A DNA stretch of 64,000 nucleotides. Origin: Klebsormidium nitens. Lineage: Eukaryota; Plantae; Klebsormidiophyceae. Shown here piece after piece: positions 56,692-64,000 of this stretch (the stretch's first letter is position 1; every line of letters begins with the position of its first letter). The DNA is taken from the NCBI GenBank assembly GCA_000708835.1, contig DF237053.1, forward strand, positions 62,001 to 126,000, given 5' to 3'. Below the pieces are notes generated by a model. It did no database searches and was not told the DNA's origin. It saw only the letters and a program-made list of their open reading frames with translations. A program made the translations under genes and the position numbers.

Positions 56692-59600
56692 CTGATGAGC
56701 AGAAACAACAACAGGGGCAACCGCTCCCCTCAGTCTGTGTGGCGCCTGTCAACCAGGCCACTTCTCCAACCACCTTCCCAACCACCAAGGAAGGGGCAGT
56801 CTCAGCAGTGCCTGCAAATAGCAAGCGCTCTGAACCCCAGGCCATGGTGGTCAGTCAGCCTGGACAGGGGAAAGGGCCTGTGAAGGCAAAGGCCACAAGA
56901 AAGAGACAGAGAAAAACCTTGGTAAGACAATTAGGCAGAATGATAATGTCTCTTATGACCAGGGTTGACTGTACTTGGAGTGGCTGACTCACAGTTCAAA
57001 CCCCAAGTAATTGAATTGACTTTTGGATAAGCTGCAGATGCTGTAAAGGTCGTGGCAATTGAGGAAGAGTGGTATGACCTGACAGCCTTTGGTGGGATCA
57101 AAAATGCGGCACACTCAATTTTGGATTTAGTTAGATTCAGCTTGTCGTTGGATACATGGAGAATGAAGAGTCTCACAGTATACAGCAACTGAATGATTTT
57201 TGAACCAGTCAACCTGACTTTGTTATTTTGCAACAGCATATGGCTCTTCACACTTGTTGCCTTCGTTGCTCAGGCACTCCCGGCCCTCAAGCCAGCTCCT
57301 CTGATGCCTCTGTGGATACAACGCCCCCTCCAACCCGGTTGGATCTCAGCTTTTGACCCTGCTACTCGCCTCGCATACTACTTTCACCCCTCCACTGGAA
57401 GGAGCCAGTGGGAGCCCCCCCTTCAGCCTCAGCAGCCTTTGCCTCCCCCCTGGATCGAAGCTGTTGATCCTTCCCGTGGCCTTCCATACTACTACAACCC
57501 TGCAACTGGAGCAAGCCAATGGGAGTGTCCGGTCGCTCTCTATCCACCGTTAGGGGGGCTGGCTCTGCCCTGGGCCGGGGTGCCAAGCGCTGCTAGTCCG
57601 GTGGTTGCACCAACAGTGCCGACTAGCACATTACCAGGTTAGTCCTCAACTTTCTGCTTCTTGTGGTTGGTATCAGGCAGCTTCTTCGAATGCTGAGACT
57701 TCAACTTGTAGCTGACGCTGAGAAGACTTAGCATTCGTGCAATGTAGTGAGAATCCTCATCACTGTGAAAGTTTGCCTTGCTGTGCAAAATGCCGCGCTA
57801 CATGAGTAACCACTGTTTGAGCAATGTCAGCGCATCCTTGAAGCATGCAATATGGTGCTTCAAGATGTTTTCCTTTTTGCCTATGACTTTCTAGCTGTGG
57901 AACATTGGATCGGCCATGTTTGAATTCAACATGTTTGTCCAAGCTCTGGTCTTCGACGTGGAGATGCCACTCCTCAATCAGCCACTGATTTTTCTTTGAG
58001 TACGCATCTTAAGAGTTTCAAAATTTTCACATCTTACGAGTTTGAGTTCGACGAAGTGCCAACAATTGTATGACGGAACGGAGAAAAAATGGGATTGTGC
58101 AGTTGCCAAAGTATTACAACGGTGTAATCACCAAATGCTCCCTTCCTTTCTGCAGCTCGTTTGCACCAGAACGGCGTGCTTGGACAGACCGCAACTGAGC
58201 TTCCCATCGGCCCAACCGCATCAATGGTCCCGGCACTCCCAGCCGGTGCATCTAAGCCATCTTCGACTCCCACAATTGCTGCCACCTCAGCAGCAAAGCC
58301 ATCTTCGACTCCCACAACCGCTGCCACGTCAGCAGCAAAGCCCGCATCCCCGCAGCCAGCACCGCTGAGCGCCTCTGCAGACATCAAATCAGATAACAAG
58401 ACGTCCTGCGCTGAAGTTGCTGCGGTGCCGGCAGTGAAGCTCGCAAGCACGGAGACCGTTCTTAATTCTGAAGCTGGGGGTCAGGTCGAAAAGACTGCAA
58501 AGGCACCTGGGGCAACCGCACAACCCAAAGCTGCGAAGAAAACGACGAAGAAGGCAAAGAAAGCGGGAGAACAGTCGCTGGTCAGGAGCGTGGCCAATCT
58601 GCCGCTGCCGTGCGTCGAGTGCGGGTGCTTGGGACCTGTCACGAGCGAGGGTGTCTGCTTCAAATGCTCCACGTAAGCGTTTGGTTCTTACTGAATATCG
58701 GTCCATCTTTCGGCCAGCTTGCTTCTGAGGACCGGTCGACTTTAGACGCTGTAAATAAAAGAACAAGATCTGGCACTCCTCTCAAGGAACCGGATCTCCA
58801 GCTCTAAAACTGAGTAAAGCTTCTGCACGTTTCTGTCGCCTGTGAAATAGACTAACGACTATGATGAAACGCTTTTGTTGAGACACAACTCAAACCTCGA
58901 TGATGGCTCAATTCTATGTCTGATTGGAAACCCAGTCCCTTTCACCATGCAGCCTGATCGAAAAGCTTGGTTCCGTTCAGACGCACGGGAAGCAAATCAA
59001 TCCTTTCATAAGATTCCTTCACTCCCCTTCGAGTCTCTAGCCCTGAGAGGAAGATCTTTAATGAGGCACAAACCTTTTTCTCGTCTACTTTGAGCTTTGT
59101 GGAAAGTACTCTTATTTCACCCGAGCAATATCTCGTTGCATAATTGATCGAATCACAGACAGATGTGAACGCAGAGAAAGCGTTAGCAACGGCGAGCTTC
59201 CCACGCACTGGTGTTTGGAGTTGAACCCTGACGTTATCCCGTTGCAGAAATCCGAGTAACTCAACGCCCGCTGTCGCCGTGACTAGCCCTGCAGCACAGA
59301 CCCCCCCTCAAAACGCCCCGTCGCAACCTCCGGCCAAGCGCGCGAAGAAGTCGACGCAGAAGCGCGCGAAGCCCCCGCTGTACACCCCTCCCCCGCCGCG
59401 GGCGTCCGAAACGGACTCCGACGACACGCCTTCGGACGTCCATCTTCCGGAGGAGCTCCTGGAAATGGTGGTAAAGCTGGTAGCCGCTGCGAAGCCCCGG
59501 ACGGAGTCAGAACGCGAGGACTGCTGGTCATATACGGGGTACTTTGCGCGGCACGACCGGGACTTTGAATTGCGCGTCGACGAGCGGCTGACGGTGCGCG

Positions 59601-60388
59601 ACCTGGCGAACCTGAGCGCGGTTTCCAAGGACTGGAAGCGCGGCGTGGAGGCCGTGGGGTGGGCCACGTTGCGGGCCGGGATCACGGACACGTGTGACTT
59701 CGTCCGCAGCGCTGACGAGAGCGCGGTCGACATGCTGAAGGAGATGCAAAAGGAGGGCGCGACGATCGTGGCAACTAGAGCGGCGGCCGAGTACAAGGTG
59801 AAGCCGAAGGAACTGGCCGCGCAGGTGAAGCAGTACAAGGTGAAGCGGAACCCGCACCGGCGGTCGGGCAAGATGCGCATCTATTACGTGAAGGACGTCC
59901 TGAAGGTGAGTAGTATCGCTTTCAGGTTGTCTCTCCTTGTTGACAATCAGAAGGCGCTCAAAATCCTGTAGTATGGTTCGCTCGTTCAGTATCGTCAGGA
60001 TGCACTGTTAAGGGTGAGATACAGCCAGGTTGGGAAACGTCAGTGCCCGAGGGACAGGTGGGGTTAGGTTAGGGGTTGGGTTAGGGTGGGTACCGCTGCG
60101 GAGAGTGCAGGTTTGTCTCAAGAGACTAAGTTTAGGGCGTCCTCCCGGTTCCCATCGTGTACCTCTCCCTGACTGGCTCACTCTGAAATCGGAATCCATC
60201 TGAAGGTGGCGCTCGCGAAGCATGGCGGCGCGTGCGGCCTGCGCCAGAAGATCGGAAAGTGCGAGGCGGCGGCGCGCAAGCGGGCGGCGAGCTGTGCCGG
60301 CAAGCCGGGCAGGATGCGGGGTCACAAGAGGCGGCCATGGCCGTCGTGGGACTGCGACGACGATGATTACTTCAGCTGGGACCTTTAG
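56692..60388 (+). CDS. Multidomain protein: NLS-like, WW, WW, low complexity, C4 Zn finger, F-box-like, XPA-C-terminal-like; exons 56692-56921, 57274-57637, 58156-58672, 59248-59905, 60206-60388; 5' end unresolved
   Basis: Two WW domains (GWISAFDPATRLAYYFHPSTGRSQWEPP; PWIEAVDPSRGLPYYYNPATGASQWECP), CVECG...CFKC, LPEELLEMVV...VRDLANLSAVSKDW, NPHRRSGKMRIYYVKDVLKVALAKHGG; junction phases 0/1/2/0 all join in frame. Confidence 0.7.
58255..58345 (+). repeat. Coding 42-bp tandem repeat (KPSSTPT-x-AATSAA, two full copies plus a partial)
   Basis: aagccatcttcgactcccacaa...gccac.tcagcagca repeated directly. Confidence 0.9.
60061..60091. repeat. Short degenerate telomere-like (TTAGGG-type) G-rich tract in an intron
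   Basis: gggttaggttaggggttgggttagggtgggt. Confidence 0.55.
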
Positions 60389-61327
60389 CTTGCCGGGTTA
60401 GGTCTGAACGGAGCACAGGAGAAGAGTTTTAATGGTTTGATGCGAAGCGGTTCGTTGATATTAAAAGAAATAGGTCACGGCTCGGCTTCTGTGCGAGTGT
60501 ATAAATGCACCTCAGATGTAGCTCCTATGAGACCACCTTCAGACGACGATTTGGCAGATTGTGTCCATGTGCAGTAAGTACATCTGGAAGCGCTAGCTGG
60601 TCTTGGCTCGTGGTAAACAATTGTAAGTTCTAAATGATATTGACTGTAGGTATTAAGTAAGTATCTGTGTTCAAACGTTGGTTCTTCATGCTGAAGACCA
60701 CGTAATGAGGCAATTTGGAATAGGGGAAACCCCTAATAATATATTGAAAATCTGCGCAGGTGTTAATTGCCTTGACAGCTGTGCTCCGAGTCGCAAGCAA
60801 ATAATATTTTCTAGAAGCTGCAGATTGGAAACACGGTATAAAACCTTTAGAGCTAGCATATTGCGCATGCAAACTGCTGCAGTCGGCCTTCACAATCATT
60901 GAATCGAATGTGTATGTGTCGATCATGGTTTTTTGGCCGGCAAGTTGCATACCTACATGATGGGTGTACAGAGAATCATGTGCATGCCAGTTGCGATCAT
61001 GCATGTGATTGAATGAGTCCACTGCTATCGAGCTAACTGAAATCTGTTGTAAGTAAATCCCGCGCATGACCTAAGCACCCGGCGCTTGACGCGCCGCCGC
61101 CCAGAGCACACGCCCATGGATTTAGTAGCTAGGGTCACTACATCGCCTGCGTCCGGCCCCATGCCGGAAATGCAATTCCCAATACGGATCTTTCGTCTAT
61201 CCAGCACTGGGCGCATCTCCCAGCTTTTATCGGTGCACCAAGTGAGCTGGCACCGCATGCCGGACGGTCGAGTTGTATCTCAAGCTTGCCACCTTCCTTT
61301 CCAATTGGATGCTGCTGCAACCTTTTC

Positions 61328-63081
61328 TCATGCTTGAGATAGGACCGTCACTACAACTCTCAGTGCTACTTTGCCCGACGCATCCACATATTCGCCCCGT
61401 CCGACTTGCTCCCACGACTTCGCAAAAACGTCTCCACGGCCCCCCTCTAAGTTCGTCGGCCCAAGCGAATGCTTTTCGGACCGCTGCAATGCCCACTTCC
61501 CGTCGGCGACTTTTTTCACCCAGGTTTGCATTTGCACCTCTTTCGAGAACTTCGTGAGCCTCGCCACGTCAGTCTGAGCAATCGACAAGAAAACCCCAAC
61601 GGTCGACTTCTTCGAAGAACTCGACGCTCCCTGACTCTGCTTTCTCACCAGAACGTGCCACGTTGCACCATTCCGCTCGACCGCCGGCGACCATTGGTCG
61701 CTACTTTGCGCGTCAAGGGTCGCCTCGAAGCGGAGCACAAACGTGTTGGGTTTCCGCGCCTGAAACCGGCTGTCTTCATTCAGCTCCTTGGGAGATCGAG
61801 ACGACGCTGCGAAGGCTAGCCCTTCCGTGACGTTCCGCTGCGCGAGCGGAAAGGCCATCTCCGGAATGTCGATGACGTGTTCTTGGACAAACTCCCCGGA
61901 CATGCGCGCGAAGCGGATACGCGCGCACAGCTCGCGCATGGCGGCTTGTCGTTCCTCCATCACCTCAAAATTTCCCCTGACCCATGCCAGGGTCTGCGTG
62001 AACACCTCTTCTTCGGATTTCGCTTCCAGGTCGCTTCTTCCCAGCAAGTACGAAACGCCCTCCAAGCTCAGTAACTTGAACACGGGATCGTCCCAGAGCG
62101 TTACCTCCTTGAACCGCTGGAAAAGTGTGTCGCACGCTTGTGCTTTCAGGCTCTTGACGGCGACGTATTGGAGATAAGGCGCGGGCAATTGGAACGCCGT
62201 GTGCTGTAGCCACTCCAAGTCGTCAAGCAGATTCGCCCAGACTTTGCTGACGGCAGCGACCATTCCGGCGACCCCGTACTTGTCGGCGACGGTTAACAAG
62301 GCCACGAGCTCCTCGCAACGGTCGCCGCGATCTAGGCACGGCGTGGAAAAGGTTCCCGTGTAGACGAAGTAGAGCATCTCTAAGACGGCTCGTTCCTCTG
62401 CACCAACGAAAACGTTTACGTGTTTCCTCGAGCTATCTTTGACGGAAAAAGACCGTCCGCAGCAGATTCTGCTTCTCGTGGGGTCTTGCCCATGAACGGA
62501 CGGTGAGAATGCAAGCGGTAGCGATGTGAAAGGGAGATTAAACAACCGGGGTGGCTTCCAGATTTCGAGCGAAAGATATGATCTGTTTTCAAAAATCTGT
62601 GCTCGCCATGATCGAAAATTTCAAGTGACCGTCGAATCACGCTACAAGAGCTGGAACATTTCGTTCGAACATTTCTGGCGCAGAAGATGCGCGAACGGTC
62701 AGCTCTTAAAGGCTCCCAAACCGTATCTAAAACGTACGTGCGCTGCTGAAAGATTGGAATCGTCTGAGTTGCATCAACACTTTCCTTAGGCTCACCATTC
62801 AAGTTGTTTGTCGCGGCTGTCTTACCTTGCTCGCTGTCTACGTTGACGATCACAGGGCGGTCTTTGTCGGTTTCAGCCATGCCATTGGAGAGCATGTTTT
62901 GAAAGACAAGACTTTTCGCCGCAACGATCGCGCTGTTGACAGGGACCTTCTTACGAACCACCGCTTGATCTGCACACAGAAGAAATGGTTTGCCAGAGGG
63001 ACTTAATGGGGAAGGCTCTTGTCGTATCGACCATTCGCCGCTTGCGTTTAGAAACTTCTCTGACGTGCAAGAATATCTCAA
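61328..63081 (-). CDS. BTB/POZ-BACK-MATH-like CUL3 adaptor; exons about 62969 (or further upstream) to 62826, and 62397-61328; start unresolved
   Basis: VNSAIVAAKSLVFQNMLSNGMAET, EMLYFVYTG, LLTVADKYGV, LEAKSEEEVF...W, IRFARM (BACK), C-terminal WSP...GATWHVLVRK...VGVFL (MATH-like). Confidence 0.85.
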
Positions 63082-64000
63082 AGTCTTCTCGAGGAGAAGA
63101 AGGAAGATTCATAGTCTGACTTGATATCCTGTTGCAAAGTGCGGTCTGATTTTTGAGCGACCCCAGACAAGATGTCGGCTTGATTTTTATTGGAAGCATT
63201 GCATCGGGGTAATGAAACGCTGATTTGAACAGCCTTCTCTTGCAGGCAAACCCAGAATAGTCTCCGGATCTTCGGCTCGCTAATTACTGCCTTGAGATCC
63301 AGGATCATAATCTGCATCTATGGCTCAGAATCAAAGAACCTCGACTTGACACCGACAAGACTCGTTTGCCCTGCATTTTCAGTTCCAACTCCAACCATCC
63401 AATCATCATTGATCTTCAACCGTTCTTCACTTAGTGGAGATGCACTCGCGAAAGCACCGATCTGACTTTTCGTAGATGATCACCTCCATCTTGAACTGGT
63501 TCCGGCCCTTGCAGCCAAATGATGCGGTCGCTGAACGAGGGATTGCTGCAACAGAGAACAGCCAATTCGATGGGGGATAAGGAGCTCTATTTCTAATGTA
63601 TTTGTTCAAAGGCCGTTTTCATCTTTCAAGCTCTGCTAAATGAGCTTGAGCGACTTTGTGTTCACTTTCGAATCTGTAGTGTGTGAGCTTTTCCTGAGAC
63701 ACCCGTCACAAACTCTTGTGCAACATCTGTCAAATCCACCCATTTCAAGCGCTCCAGATCAAGCGACGATTGACGTATCTGCTTGTTTTTTGATTAAATT
63801 TACCAGTTTTCTGCGCTCGCCACTGCAGTGCTGGCAACGTGTTGTTTGATACCTCTCTTCATGTTCATAACATCTCCGCGTTCCCCTATGACACAACTGC
63901 AGGACTGATGGCTGGAAGGTTATGCTAATATCACAGCAAAACTAGGGATCGGAACAGACTTCCCTGGGACTCCGCTGAGACATAACTTTTCTTCCTACAA

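Noticed and set aside
56692-56706. CTGATGAGCAGAAAC minimal hammerhead-like core
   Set aside because: Lies in coding sequence (DEQK) with no flanking stems.
59283-62177. Long opposite-strand ORFs (59308-59880, 59528-59857, 61469-61819, 61788-62177 and others)
   Set aside because: Shadows of GC-rich real exons; no recognisable motifs.
1-64000. tRNA, rRNA, snRNA genes, CRISPR arrays, U12-type introns
   Set aside because: No cloverleaf or T-loop context, snRNA signature, regularly spaced repeat-spacer array or ATATCCTT/GTATCCTT donor was seen in the modelled genes (manual scan only).

Overview
Eukaryotic nuclear DNA with GT-AG spliceosomal introns, so the ORF track is mostly fragments and antisense shadows. 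Gene content (PAB, plastid ClpS, ATI-like protein, plant-type Pol kappa), GC-rich exons and introns of roughly 0.1-2 kb point to a streptophyte green alga, Klebsormidium-like (inference). I spliced the genes by hand and checked exon phases. Genes found: Trp/Tyr permease (5'-truncated), RPL22, PAB, ClpS, DNA polymerase kappa, an FBA-lectin F-box protein, an ATI/DUF6821-like membrane protein, 20S proteasome beta-4, SGTA, a WW-WW/C4-Zn/F-box-like/XPA-C-like fusion and a BTB-BACK-MATH protein, plus two decayed gene regions (~29-34 kb, ~55.5-56.2 kb). The most unusual signal is a recurring set of 'exon echoes': at least 14 short degenerate copies of an exon segment, usually with its splice site, in the adjacent intron of 8 genes. 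In several, the differences from the real exon fall mostly at synonymous positions. Also notable: six consecutive protein-quality-control genes (35-63 kb), three head-to-head gene pairs, and TGACGTCA-based palindromes near splice sites. Family calls come from recalled motifs, not database searches. No tRNA, rRNA, CRISPR array or intact transposase was recognised.
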